Shown here one piece after another: positions 1 to 18,245 of a DNA stretch of 64,000 nucleotides. Origin of the DNA: Eledone cirrhosa. Its lineage: Eukaryota. Within the stretch, counting starts at the first letter, position 1. Each line of letters opens with the position of its first letter. The DNA is taken from the NCBI GenBank assembly GCA_964016885.1, contig OZ024742.1, positions 53,630,001 to 53,694,000 on the forward strand, in the 5' to 3' direction. A model generated the notes under the pieces. It was given only the letters and a program-made list of their open reading frames with translations. It was not told where the DNA came from and ran no database searches. Position numbers and translations under genes: made by a program.

Positions 1-2200
1 TCATGATCAAGGCGTCTCTTTTCAAACATGCTGCAGCTTTCCTTCACATGTCCTCTCCAGTTACCCCTCTTTAAAGCAAGCACTGCCCAGTTCTGAATTT
101 CAAACTGTAGATCTTTCAGGTTGTTTTTTATGCAAGCCTTATATATTTTTCTTGGTTTGTGCTGAAGGTGTTTCCCAGTGTGCAATTGACTGAAAATAGT
201 TGTTTTGGGATAGGATGCCTCGGTAGTGATCGCAGATTCTTTTAACCCTTTTACCTTTAAATAAGGTCACCAAGATACCATCTATTCAATCTTGTGGTAT
301 AGGCGCTCCAGCCCAGCACTCGTTGATGAGATGGATTATTGTTTGTGTTATGTTCTTATTACCAACCTTTAACAATTCCACAAGGATTCCATCTGATCCA
401 GGTGGCTTAGTCGTGTTTAACTGGTTGATGGCCATTTTAACCTCATTATAATATGGTAATCAATCCATTTTAAAATTTACAACACATTGGGGGATGTCAT
501 ATGGCACATCATAATCAACTGATGATGGATTATCAAATAAATCAGTGAAATGTTGCCAACGATTAAGGATTTTCTCTGATTCCTTGTGATGACAGTGTTG
601 TCTTTGGACCTCATGGGAACAATAGACGAAGCTGTTCGACCATATACTGCACGCAAAAAACTATAAAACAGTTTTGAATCCTTTGCATTATAAACACTTT
701 GCATGTCTTCAGAGATCTTCAACCACGATTTATTTTTAAGCCTGCTGAGCTCGCGTTATAAGGTGGCTTTATATTCTTTATATGTCTTTTTAATGGCAGT
801 TAAATTCGTAGGGCACTCTCCCAGTAGCTCTTCATGAAGAGTATGTTTTTTATTTAATAGTTAGCTGATAACCAGATTATCATCAAACCAGTCTGTATGT
901 TGTTTTTACGCCCTGAATTCAAGTTCTGCTCCTGCTGTATACAATTGATCTCTGAAGTTTACCCACGTTCCATCAAAGTCAATATTATTCAAAGGTTTAT
1001 TCAAAACCTCACGTACCTCTTGCTGTTTTAACTTTCCAACATCAATACGCTTCAGTGTTTTGATTCCACACATACAAGATGTTTTCCGAATACGTAACTT
1101 AAACTTCCCCCGAACCATCTTATGGTCTGTGTTGCATTTTGCACTACACATGACGCGCACATTACAGACATCATTCAGATCACATCTCCGGGTTACTATG
1201 AAATCTATCATGTGGCCATCTTTTGACCTTGGGTGTATCTAGGTAACTTTATGCTTATTTTGGCGGAAGAATGTATTGCACATTGCTAGGTTGAGTTCCG
1301 AACAGAGCTCAAGCAGCTTCAAACCATTCGCATTCATCTTATCGATGCCGTAATGGCCTAGTGCATCCGATGTCTCATGGTCTCTGCCAACTCGGGCATT
1401 GAAATCACCAAGAACTTTTTCTTCGCCTGGAGTAGATGCAATTGTAGCATGAAGGGATTCATAGACTGTCATAATACTTTCTTCACTGGTTGGAGAGTTA
1501 GAGCATAAACTGACAGAATTGTTTCACATCACCCACATGCAAGTGGAATGCGCAACTTCATTATACTGTCGCTGATTATAGAGGGGCACTCTAAATGTTG
1601 TGCTAGAGTTTCTCGCACTGTAAAACCTATACCACCATCTCACCGTTCTCCTTTTGGTTTCCCTCTCCAGAAAAGTGTGAAACCTGATGATACTTCAGTC
1701 AGCTGATCACACCCTGACAGAAGTGTTTCTGACAAGGCTGCAGTATCTATATTTAATCTTTAGAGTTCCTTTGTTACCAATGTGGTTCGTCTTTCTGGTT
1801 GGTTTGATGAGTTTTGGCCCAGAAGGGTTCTGACATTCCAGCAGCAAATATTTAGTTTGATTTGATTTTTCATAAATGTTTTACTTTGTAATTCACTTTT
1901 TCTTTTCCTGCTTGAATGAACCGCCGATAGCCGCAGTAAACTACCCAACGTTGATGTGACAGGAAATTTTCAATGGACCTTTTCTAGCACTTTTCAAAGA
2001 ATTTGGGTGAGCAGTGCTCTCCCTGATAGGGCTGCTCAGACACAGGTGTCTCCACCGGAGTTAACCCGTCATAGGAAGACATAACAACGATGTTATGATA
2101 AGACCCTTGTCGCCTATGTGTAGATTTGCAACTATATGCTTCCAACTGGTCAGATCTGCACACGTAGCCACTCCTCCATCGCCATAGGACTTTCAGCTGT
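1..2200 (-). mobile_element. Degenerate RTE-clade LINE: APE endonuclease, linker, start of RT and C-terminal tail, with most of RT deleted
   Basis: Minus-strand fragments CCWNVRTL...PERRT, LGDFNARVG...NANGLKLLELC...NTFF and IDFIVTRR...TDHKMV. A xPPGSDGIL RT-entry motif lies near 385-410 and an RTE-like C-terminal remnant at 1-230. Many stops and frameshifts; 5' boundary approximate. Confidence 0.85.
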
Positions 2201-3660
2201 AAAAATGACAGATGACAATCTCAATATACTTGAGTGCGTATAATGAAACACTCGGCTGCTATATACCAGTTGCATTCAATAATTCAATATAGAAAACGTT
2301 ACAATGTACAGAATATCACATCACAGAAAAGATCGTGAAAAAAAACAACAAAAGAAAAACGACTGCAATCTAGGAATACACATATTACATCGGTACGCAC
2401 AATTTTTTATGGTATGTATGTATGTATGCAATTACTAGAGGAAGTTTCTATCTGATAAGAATTGTGTAATAAGAGATTACAATAGATTAAAATGTAAAAA
2501 AGTAAAATATGGACAGCTGACGTTGCAAACTTTATTGTTGAAATCTACGTCACTTTATTACAGAATATTTAGGGAGTCTATTCTTTTGATAAATGAGCTG
2601 TAATTTCATCTCCTAAACATCTTATTTTCTTCTATTGTGTTCCAACGCAGTGTATATATAACGAGAGAGAAAGAGAGAGAAAGAAAGAGAAAGAGAGAGA
2701 GATTGTGTGTGTGTGTGTGTGTGTATGTGTGTGTGAGAAAGAGAGAGATTGAGAGAGAGGGAGAGGGAGAGAGAGGTGGGAGAGAGAAGGAGGTTGTGAG
2801 AGAAAGAAAGAGCACGACAGGCAGATAGATAAATAGATAGACAGATATACATGAATACTAGTTTGTTTTGCTTCAGAACCGCTCGGAAATTACATGTGTG
2901 TACATAGATATAAGCATGTGGTTAAATAATGGAATATGTGTTATATATCCATAAGGATACGAAACGTATATTTATCAAATGTAGGCATTAAAATGTATTT
3001 ACAACCTATCCACACAGACGGTGTCTCCGCATTGTTAGACATCTCTAAGTTAGCAAATACAGTTTTCCATCACTTTTATTTTATTTTCATTTGGCTGCAA
3101 GCTATTGTCTTCCTGTATATATAATATCGATGCAGTAGGCACATTTGACGAGCTTTTAAAACTCGTTAAACTACATATTGTAAATTACAGTCAGTTTTAC
3201 AGAAAGCACAATATGGTTTACTATATGTACAGATTTGATAAACGTACTCATATATATCTATTCCAAACTTATCAATGGAAATAAAAAATATATACGATAG
3301 TATGTGTGCTCACAACTTTATGTTTGTGAGCGTAAGTCTCCATAAATACAAATTTATATAAATACATTTTTGATAAATGTGTGTAGGCTAAAACGAACTT
3401 AATATTTTTTCTCTTTCCCGCCCTGCCTCCTGTCTTCATGCTTATCTCCCCTTTACACATTCCTTAATTCAAACTAAGCCGACAATTGTTTTTATTTTCT
3501 CTTTATTTTTCCGTGCTTACTTGTATCCTTCTTTCTCTCCTTTCTGAAGTAGATTGCAGCACGAAACGTTATCAGTCTGTTGATTTTTTCACAGAGTGAA
3601 ACTAATTTTCTTCTGCCTTGTTTTGATAATTTTATTTTATTGTAACATCATATATAGATA

Positions 3661-3695
<35 letters not shown>

Positions 3696-3733
3696 TAGCG
3701 AGGTTTTTTATATGAAATCGTGTGTCGAAACAA

Positions 3734-5197
<1,464 letters not shown>

Positions 5198-5262
5198 TTT
5201 GCCAGAACTTATGTCCGAAAAAATCCAATTCTCTAACTACTCAGCCACGCGCCTTCACATGT

Positions 5263-5442
<180 letters not shown>

Positions 5443-5961
5443 ATATATATGTATATATATATATATGTATGCGTATATATGTATATGCATATCTTTATAT
5501 ATGTATATACATATAAGGATTATATATATATAGAGAGAGAGGTGTATATGAAAACGTATATTATACGCATGATATATGTTAATATATGTTTTAATATACA
5601 TATCTATTATGTGTAAACGCTAACGACAATTAAATGTTATCAGCCAAGTCCGCACTATATGTAAATGAGCATTTCTAGCCGATGTTTCCTATTTGGTATA
5701 TGCAAATGAAGCTCTCCAGCAAATGATCAGCATGGAAAAGTTTATATAGTGTACTTCATGCCTGTACATTTTGAGTGAGTGTCACCGTTGGAAGATTAAC
5801 ATATCTTGAAACAGGACAGTCTGAAAACGAGCTGGCAACTCTGTAATATATTCACAGAAGAAGATAGAGAAAAATACAATATTTTCGTACTTAAAAAATA
5901 TTTTTCTTTTGCAGTGAGGCTACCCATATAAACGTATAATATATATTTTCATTATTATTCT

Positions 5962-6315
5962 AGGCAGATGGTATGGCAGTATCGGTAGAGGGTCGGACGC
6001 CATGCTTTGTAGCATAGAGTTACGGCCCTTTATGATCTGAATTCAAATTCTGCCGTGGTTAACTTTGCCTTTCATCCTTACGGGGTCGATAAAATAAAGT
6101 ACCAGTAGTACACTGGGTAATTGAGGGCCTTGTGCCAAAAGTAGAAACAATTATTATTCTAGGCAGAATCGCTAGAGCGTCGGACATTATGCTAAGCGAC
6201 ATAGAGTTATGGCCCTTTGCGTTCTGAGTTCAAATCACGCCGAGGTTATATTTGCCTTTCATCCTTACGGGGTCGATAAAATAAAGCACAGTAATGCACT
6301 GGGGGTCGATTTAAT
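5962..6315 (+). mobile_element. Two tandem tRNA-derived SINE copies with a Meta-domain-like core
   Basis: Both begin after ATTATTATTCTAGGCAG. Both carry a box-B-like (G/A)TTCAAAT and the core TTTGCCTTTCATCCTTACGGGGTCGATAAAATAAAG. Confidence 0.8.
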
Positions 6316-6346
6316 CCATCATCAGTTGATCAGGATGTACGAGTTA

Positions 6347-6450
<104 letters not shown>

Positions 6451-6817
6451 AAAGGGTCGGGACTTGACAGCTGAGCTCTTTCCTCGTTTATATATTTATA
6501 TACAGAGAGAGATAGAGAGAGATGTGTGTCTGAATGTTTGATAACTCATATTTCATGTCTATTTCAAACACACAATAAACAACATTTGTAAATATTATCT
6601 TTCTTTATACACGAATAATTCTGAAACAAGGTGAAGGCAGCTATTCTTATCATTCAATTTGTCATATTCTAACATATCTTTTTATACCTGTCAATGATCC
6701 CGAAATCGTAAAACTATAGGATATAATTCTTCTACTTGAACAGGTTTAAAATGTTTTTCATATAATATATGGAAGGAGTGGGGTTTCATGGTTGAGGCTT
6801 TTAAGTCTCTGTCTCAA

Positions 6818-9507
<2,690 letters not shown>

Positions 9508-11296
9508 TTAAAACAATGAAATACAAATTCAAGCCATTAAAAATATACTTCACTGCTTTACGATCGTTTCTAGGTGATAATAATACATGGTACACATATT
9601 TCGTTATCGATCTATGTAGGGTTAGTTACAAAATATCAAATAAGGAATATATTTACCTACATGTATATCAGCAGCCGTTGTCAAAAGCAATGAAAATTTT
9701 ATTCAAAATCAATAGTAAATTGAGTTCTATGACCTTATTTGGAGGTAGCTGAAGAATAAACCAATCAAATGGTGTCTTGCCATATGATGTTAAGATGAAA
9801 TATAACTCACTTTAGTTGAGGTCATGACCCTTTGAAAGGAATGGTTGAATGGTGTTAAAAATAGATTACTATAAAAAACCTATGAAGAAAAAGGAATTGT
9901 TATATTGATAGTGGAATGTAGATGGTGGAGTGAAGTTTAAAAAGGAATGTAAAAATTAAATGTTGAGTTGTGTTGTATGGAATTTTTAGGTGAATATAAA
10001 TAAGTAAATATAAAATATACAGAAATAACTAGGATAAATATAGATAGGTAAAGTAATGGTCATAACTAGGAAGAATAGTATATTAAAAGATGAAAATTAT
10101 AATAAGATAATAAAATATAATAATATAATAATATAATAATATAAAATAATGTAATATAATATAGTACAGTATAGTACATTGTATATAGTATAATATAGCG
10201 TATGATGCATCATAAAATATAAAATAGTAAATATTTTCAAGTGGGTCTATGTATAAGTAATCAAACTCAGATAAATGCATGTTGACATATAATCAAAACG
10301 CATAATTTTCTTAGATCACAAAGGTACATATATTCACATATATAGATAGAGGTATAATTACATAGATACTCCATTAAGAACATAATACGCATACATAGAT
10401 ATAAACATATACAAATACATACATACACGCACACAAACATATATATATATATACACACTTATACATACATATATACATATACACACACATACATGTACAT
10501 ACACATATACACACACATACACATATACACACATATATATATATATTCTCTTATCATACATACTTAGATACATGTATACCCATGCAATTACAGGTGGTTG
10601 TGTACCTTCATGCCCTTAGCCAGTAACGCATAAATCTATGGAAGCTAAAAAATAAAAAAATTAAAAGGTTAAAAGATAAAAAAAATAAATAGGAAGCCGT
10701 ATAATTAGGGGAAGGGGATACTAACAAATGGTACGTCACATAGAACTATAGTGAGTTTCTATTTAGAATGTTTAATTAGATTTATAGTACTTAAATGTTT
10801 TTCGTATACGGTAATTACAAGCTATAATCAGTTCCAGTCTTTTATTCAATAAATCGTCGTTAGATTTAGCTGGGTTCCGAATGACACGTGCGATAATTCA
10901 TATCGTACACAATTCATTCTCTAATATTTTTAGAAGTGAAAGGATCATTAATTTCTCAGCAACTACTGAGGAGAAGTGCAACGTGAAAACTTCACTTAAT
11001 AAGTCGTTGCGAAATAGTCTCCAACACTGTCTAGTTGTTACCAGGCATTTTTGCCCAATATAGGTCTGTTATTTTTCTTAATTTTTCATAATTTAATATT
11101 TAAAGTTAAGGATAACAAACTATATTGCTGTAGTTAGTATTTTTTCACCCTAGCAAATTTTAGTCCTTACGATTCGAACACATGTATGTTTATATTAGTG
11201 TTCATCTCTCTTGTTTATTCAATTATATTGTACGGCTCGGAAAAGATTTTTTCTTAAAGCTATTTAATTGTAAGGGACTACCCTGAGTTCTTAACT

Positions 11297-11353
<57 letters not shown>

Positions 11354-11872
11354 CATACACCCTACCACCATATCAACCCTATGACCCAACACAATGCTTT
11401 CTATTCTTTCTCTTGCTCAACTTTGATAGTACCGTTACACCGATATATTAGATCCCTGTTATTTCTAATCGGTGGTAACGTTTCCACTGTACACACATTT
11501 CCACATTTTTGTGCATATATATTAGCAATCATCTGTCTTCTTTTTACATACTTATTCACTGTCTGTTTACTCTGTTTCAAGCTGCCACATTTTCCCTGTT
11601 AGTTTCCTAATACATTTGTATGCTCTTTATTCCTCACTATACACACGTACATATATAGTTATATATATCTGAACATATGTAATGTTCAGCAGTGAAACAA
11701 ATACGATTAGGTTATGAGGTTAATTAATCCATTGATTTACAATCGATTCTCAAGTGCATGATAAAAATACATTTCTATCGATATATTGACTAGCCGATAG
11801 CAGTTATGCAACTCCTTAATATACGTCACGACGACAAAATACATCCATTCTGTCGGCCATCTTCCGAAATAG

Positions 11873-11905
<33 letters not shown>

Positions 11906-12152
11906 TGTATGTATGTATGTATGTATGTATGTATGTATGTATGTATGTATGTATGTACGCACAGGCATTTCACGATAGAATTAATTAATAATTATTAATA
12001 ATGGTATATCATGCAATGGCCATACTCGATAACGAGGGGGCAGCCATCATGCATGTATGTACGTATGTATGTATGTATATATGTATGCATATAAACCCGC
12101 CCACCCTAAAAAATAAATAAGTATATATATATATATATATGTATAAATAAAC

Positions 12153-12209
<57 letters not shown>

Positions 12210-12335
12210 TAGGGTAAATATTGATGCAATTCAATTCAAGCACTCAACGTACTTTTTCCACATAGGAGTGACGGAGTAAATATCGAATAAGGAAAAGCGA
12301 AGTAGTTTCAGATGTTCAAGTCCTTTAATAATAAT

Positions 12336-12409
12336 GCTGTGATATATATTTCAGTGACGCCACTGGCCACACTGTTCTGTGTGCGAGTGTCGTGTCATCA
12401 TCAGACAGC
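12336..12409 (-). ncRNA. Type I hammerhead ribozyme motif (inverted copy of 13901-13974)
   Basis: Reverse complement reads GCUGU-CUGAUGA-long stem II-GAAA-UAUAUA-UC-ACAGC. Confidence 0.75.
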
Positions 12410-13900
12410 TTGTTACATAATAAGGTTATGTTTCCGAGGCAATCCAAATTGGATCGCCAAGGGAACGGATGAATTGCGTGTTTTTGGGTTTTTCATCCGC
12501 TCCCTTGTGAGTACCAATTCACCCCCACCGGCCTGCGCAAGCGCATGTCCGAAGGAAGTTGACCATTCGCCACCTCAGACTTCAACGAAATTTGCTTAGT
12601 CAGTTCACCCTGTCATCCAAAACAATGGCCCACCAATGCCTGTACCATATTTTACTGCTACCCATCACGGCTGTGGCAGTCAGCCGAGAGCCAGAAGGGA
12701 TGGGAGAGTGTTAGTTTTTACAGGTCATAATACTACCCCTCACTAAGCGTTGACGGTACGACTGACTATCACCTTATAAGGGAAAATAAACTTATTCTAG
12801 GTATCATGGTTTTACGTTGGAAGTTAAGAGTGAGAGTTGGAAATAAAAATTAAAATCCTAAATCAAATATCAGAAATTATAAATTAAACAATTAAGAAAT
12901 TAACAATTAGAAATTAAAGAATTAAAAAAATTCTTTTCAGGTGATAATTCGGATTGAGGTGAGTAAAAATATAGACTGAAGTGAGTAAATAATATGGAGA
13001 GAGATGTTTAAGTAATATGTTCTGAGAGGGATTCTAGTGTCACAGTTACTCTATCCACATATTGAACGACAGTGCCGTACATTATAACTACAGGGCTCCA
13101 AGCATTAGTGAATCTGGTACACAGTTTTAATTTCCATCACATGGAACAAAATCAAAGAAAAACAGACATAAAGTACACAAAAGAAAAAAACAGAACCAAT
13201 AGTGAATAAATGCAAAAACACAAAGTACATATATGCAAAATGATCCATATGATTGTCCATCTGTCCATGTATAGATTGAATTGAGGGGGCCTCTGTTCAA
13301 ATGCAATTTGGTGCAGGAAAATAGGGGTTTATCCTATTATTTGTTTCCGCGTATTTATTCTGCCGAAAGTTACTATTATGTCCGTCCAGTGTAAGGGGTT
13401 TCCATCCCCATGGTAGATGGAATTTGTGGATAGAGTAACCATGACACTAGAATCCCTCTCAGAACATATTACTTAAACATCTCTCTCCATATTATTTACT
13501 CACTTCAGTCTATATTTTTACTCACCCCAATCCGAATTATCACCTGAAAAGAATTGTTTTAATTCTTTAATTTCTAATTGTTAATTTCTTAATTGTTTAA
13601 TTTATAATTTCTGATATTTGATTTAGGATTTTAATTTTTATTTCCAACTCTAGCAGTAAATATGGTACAGGCATTGGTGGGCCATTGTTTTGTATGACAG
13701 GGTGAAAAGACTAAGCAAATTTCGTTGAAGTCTGCGGTGGCGAATGGTCAACTTCCTTCGGACATGCGCTTGCGCAGACCGGTGGGGGTGAATTGGTACT
13801 CACAAGGGAGCGGATGAAAAACCCCAAAACACGCAATTCATCCGTTCCCTTGGCGATCCAATTTGGATTGCCTCGGAAACATAACCTTATTATGTAACAA

Positions 13901-13974
13901 GCTGTCTGATGATGACACGACACTCGCACACAGAACAGTGTGGCCAGTGGCGTCACTGAAATATATATCACAGC
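13901..13974 (+). ncRNA. Type I hammerhead ribozyme motif
   Basis: Stem I GCTGT(13901-05)/ACAGC(13970-74); CTGATGA 13906-12; imperfect stem II (TGAC/GTCA, CACT/AGTG, CACAC/GTGTG); GAAA 13958-61; palindromic stem III ATATATAT; AUC site ending at 13969. Confidence 0.78.
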
Positions 13975-14940
13975 ATTATTATTAAAGGACTTGAACATCT
14001 GAAACTACTTCGCTTTTCCTTATTCTATATATATTATATATATATATATATACATATACTTATACGAACGTGTCTGTGCGTGTATGTGTGTAATCATAAT
14101 TTTGTCGGATATTTTATGTGATGTGGACATGACTCCAAAATTTGAGGCGAGGTTAAAAGAATTGTCTAGTGCGTAAAACAGTAAGCCGTATCAACGAAGC
14201 GAGTGTAAAACCTTTAATATGCTATTAAACAAAGAAAAATTCCATCTTTTAACTTGTAAGTTAGAAAATAGAGAAAAATGTTTTTCGTTCATGTTAAAAG
14301 TTTTCAAACATGAAAAACTACACTAAAACGCTATTTCAATGTTGCAGATTTTACTAAACATATTTGTGATTTTACACGAAATGGATATAAAAAGAAGAAA
14401 ATGGTTTTTGTTTTAATAGAAATATAATCTTAAAAACAATGTTTTCATTTTACATTGTTTTACAATCGTTTCTCTTTTGTCTGTGTTATTAACACATTTT
14501 ATTATTGTAAAGGATTTTACTTTCTAAGAATGTTTCTCACGAAAACTCGTTTGTTTATTGACTGACTTTAATTGCAATTTTATTCAAAACATTAAAGAAA
14601 AGAAATCAAATAATACAATTCATTTATACTATGTAGAATAAATGTTCTTAATTTTAATAATTGAAGTAATTTCATATTCGCAGAATACACACACGCACAC
14701 ACAGATATATATATATATTTTTGAAACCACATAAATAGTAAAAATAATTCCGACAAGTTGCATAATAAGCTCAGCAATATCGGGTATCAATTATATAAAG
14801 GTGTAAACATATAATCTGAATATTGTCGATTACCAGAATATAATTATTAGTTAGATACAAGAGTGATATTTTGTTTCATTCTGTAGAATACAACTTTGGT
14901 CATAGTGATAGAGAGGATCGACAATAATTCTTGACTAATA

Positions 14941-15127
14941 TAATTGTTTCTACTTTTGGCACAAGGCCAGCAATTACCCAGTGCATTACTGGTACTTTAT
15001 TTTATCTACCCCGAAAGGATGAAAGGCAAAGTTAACCTTGGCGGGATTGAACTCAGACCGTAAAGGGACGTAACTATGCTGGTAAGCATGGCATCCGACC
15101 TTCTACTGATACTGCCAATCCCCCGCC
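14941..15127 (-). mobile_element. tRNA-derived SINE, same family as 5962
   Basis: Contains the reverse complement of the core: CTGGTACTTTATTTTATCTACCCCGAAAGGATGAAAGGCAAAGTT. Confidence 0.8.
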
Positions 15128-15847
15128 CTTCTTCTTGACTAATATATTGTATTCTTCTTTCACTGAAGGTTTCGTATCGACGTTCTTGAAGAAATAAAGA
15201 ATAAAACATCAGCAAAACATATAAATCACACAGAGGAGCTAAAGATAGTTTATTGAATACCACACCTCAGTTTTTATTGTGAATTATTTATCAGTAGTAG
15301 GGTCTATTTAACGAAACAAAACATTTTGTGGCTCTATTCATGTAATCAGCGAAATCTAATATAGAATTCTGGATTGCCGAACGAAATATATTTAATTATT
15401 CAAAAAGAATTCCAAATTATTTGCACACAAAATAAATATTTGATCTGCTTTATTTTATAAATACAATGTCTTTATTTCTTTCTCTCCCTATAGCATCTAT
15501 TCATAGCCAATGTTAGGAAATATATAATTCTGTCCAATGCTAGGAAATATATAATTATCTCGCAGAATATATACACATATAATAATATTTGTACTCACCG
15601 AATTGATACGGGCTAGATAAAAAGCTTCATAACCAGATAGCCAGCCATTTTTTACGAACCTATGTAGACTTTACCAGACTATATAGACTTTAATTTAAAT
15701 ATACTGAAGTTGAAAGTTTTAGCTGAATAAAACGAATTGTTCTCGCTTACTCTGCCTCTAGTCAAAACATTCTTTAGGTATAATTCAGAGATACACTATT
15801 TTAATGGAGAAAAATTCTTTTCATATTTCAAAACGTAAAAGCACACA

Positions 15848-15902
<55 letters not shown>

Positions 15903-15914
15903 CAGAATGCAGGC

Positions 15915-16077
15915 GGTAAAAACCAGTTAGACCATTACACACCAAAGTACTTGACACTTGGGGTAGTAGAGTGGGTAATATGAAAATTCGGTAACACGAC
16001 CGCTGAGCTCCGGCCGTTTAAACAGCTAGATCCGAACTGTTGAAACGGCCGGAGCTCAACCGTCGGAGACCAGAATT

Positions 16078-16080
<3 letters not shown>
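15915..16080 (-). repeat. Diverged member of the 4933 fold-back family
   Basis: Hairpin TGAGCTCCGGCCGTTT...AAACGGCCGGAGCTCA plus the tail ACCATTACACACCAAAGTACTTGACACTTGGGGTAGTAGAGTGGG. Confidence 0.7.
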
Positions 16081-16135
<55 letters not shown>

Positions 16136-16970
16136 GGTGTTGGATGCTTAAAGCGTCCGTATGCGGTAGGCCGTTTGAGCACTCGATGCTCTCATAGAGC
16201 AGAGTATGATATCACAGAAAAAAAGAGAATCAGTGTTGCGACGAATGGAATTTATTGGACATATTACAATCGTTATATATATAAGAATGCAATTTATTGA
16301 AATCATCCTGTTATATATATGTGACCACATTATATCAATATTGACATATACTATCTGAAATGTAGAAAATTTGAGGTATAAATTTAGTGGAAGTGTTACA
16401 CATCATCTCTGCTAGCCACGAAAAAATATCTTCTTTTCTAATCTATCCATAAAATTCCTGTCATAAATTTCAACAGCGGTAATCTTTCATAACTATTTCT
16501 CTCCTTAAGACTAGTCTAAATTAATATGGCAGAAACCATTCATATAAGTTTATGTTCGCAGGATTTAAGTTCGGATTAAGCTGTCACGATGTTTGATATT
16601 CCGTGTAGCCATATAAGTACAGTTTAATGCTAAAGGAAAAAAATACACCTATCTCTTTATTACTAATAAACTGAATTTCTATTTACCAAGAATGTTACTT
16701 GTTATATATTTATATTTACATATAGGAAATTGCAGTGTTTCTCAATCTGAGAAACAGTTTCGCTTCGCGTCAGAAAGCCTACATCATTTGCGTAAAATGG
16801 CTTTTGAATAAAAAATATGAATGTTTGTGATGAACAATTTGCAAAAAGGACACACACTCACGGGCATATATAAATTTATATGTGTACACATACATGCACA
16901 TTTACCCCCCCCCCCCCAATATATATATATATATATATAATGAAGGAAGTGTGCCGTCGGGGTTAAACTT

Positions 16971-17064
<94 letters not shown>

Positions 17065-17085
17065 ATATATATGTATATATATATA

Positions 17086-17280
17086 AAAACCACAGACCCT
17101 CCATCTCAACTCTACTTTTGAAAAGCAGAAGAACTGTGAAACCAGTAAAGGAACCAAATAAATATATATATTTTTTTAAAATAAGACTCCAGTTGCATTT
17201 TCGATTTCATCTTTTTTTATTTATACTTTCACTCCTGTAGGACACCTCGGTTATTTTTCACTTTGTAAAAAAAACCTCAC

Positions 17281-17288
<8 letters not shown>
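17086..17288 (+). repeat. ~200-bp dispersed repeat, near-identical to 57604-57808; probable PLE 3' end
   Basis: Direct sequence match, and both copies end in (TA)n. Confidence 0.85.
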
Positions 17289-17317
<29 letters not shown>

Positions 17318-17350
17318 AAAAAATTTAACCCCGACGGCACACTTCCTTCG

Positions 17351-17407
<57 letters not shown>

Positions 17408-17944
17408 TAGAGAGATAGATAGATAGATAGATATATAGACATAGAGAGGTAGAGATAGAGATAGTATGAGAGTCAAATAGGTAATCTTATTAAAGCATTA
17501 CTTAATACTTATAGGAATGAGAAAAGAAAACCACGATTAATATAGTATATTTGAACTGAATTATCATTTTCTTTGTTAAATATATCAGATTTATTTCGCT
17601 GATTTTTTTTTTGTTCATATATTGATTCATAATTTTACACTTTGTTACTAGCATTCTCTCATGTTCAATTAACTGTTCCAATTATATTGGAAAATAATTT
17701 GGTTCAAACAACACCACATTATTAACACGTCAAAATATTCTATCTAAAAATTAATATGAATCTTTAAATAATATATTAGTGTATATTTTTTAATAAAATA
17801 AATCATAGAAACAGAAATTAATAGAAATTGTTTGGGAAGATATTTATATGTTTTTATAGTTTTATTTATTTAGGTTCACTTCATTCAAATCTGAGGTCTC
17901 ACAACATCCTATTATGCAGTCAGTCATTACTATAAGCATAATAT

Positions 17945-18245
17945 ACTAAGGATGCTTCCCACTCATAAGTTCCCGAGTCGGGTTGGATACCACTGCGTGA
18001 CATCTAATTTGAATGTCTTTATCATAGTCTCCGGTCAACTTATAACTTGGGAGAGAATTTTGGTAGACAGAAATTATATAGAATTCTGTCAGATGTACTG
18101 TAACTGTAATTCACAGTTTCAGTCTTGACATAACTTGACTCAATGTTATCCTGCTTTAGAGTACACGAGTCTATGAAATCCTCAATCATGTATTCATTAA
18201 TTCATTAATCGGACGTTCAGTTGATCTCAAGGCACTGAATTTTCA
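17945..18245 (+). mobile_element. Degenerate tRNA-derived CORE-type SINE
   Basis: Head resembles the minus-strand copy at 42705-42820. The 3' part resembles the reverse complement of 22520-22690. Confidence 0.55.

Larger units (their letters stand above)
12286..14025. mobile_element. Non-coding fold-back element with ~600-bp inverted arms, one hammerhead motif per arm, in (TA)n
   Basis: Left arm 12286-13058 matches right arm 13425-14025. The left arm has an extra ~170 bp (about 12661-12833). The twin 95-aa ORFs at 12312 and 13711 simply mirror the inversion. Confidence 0.9.

Noticed and set aside
12312-13998. Twin 95-aa ORFs (12312-12599 plus, 13711-13998 minus) as a duplicated gene
   Set aside because: They are mirror images within an inverted repeat, run antisense to the hammerhead, and show no recognisable domain.
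15599-15659. Possible minus-strand host exon (FVKNGWLSGYEAFYLARINS) with AG and GTGAGT boundaries
   Set aside because: Weak polypyrimidine tract, no partner exons identified and no recognisable protein; it would need RNA-seq support.
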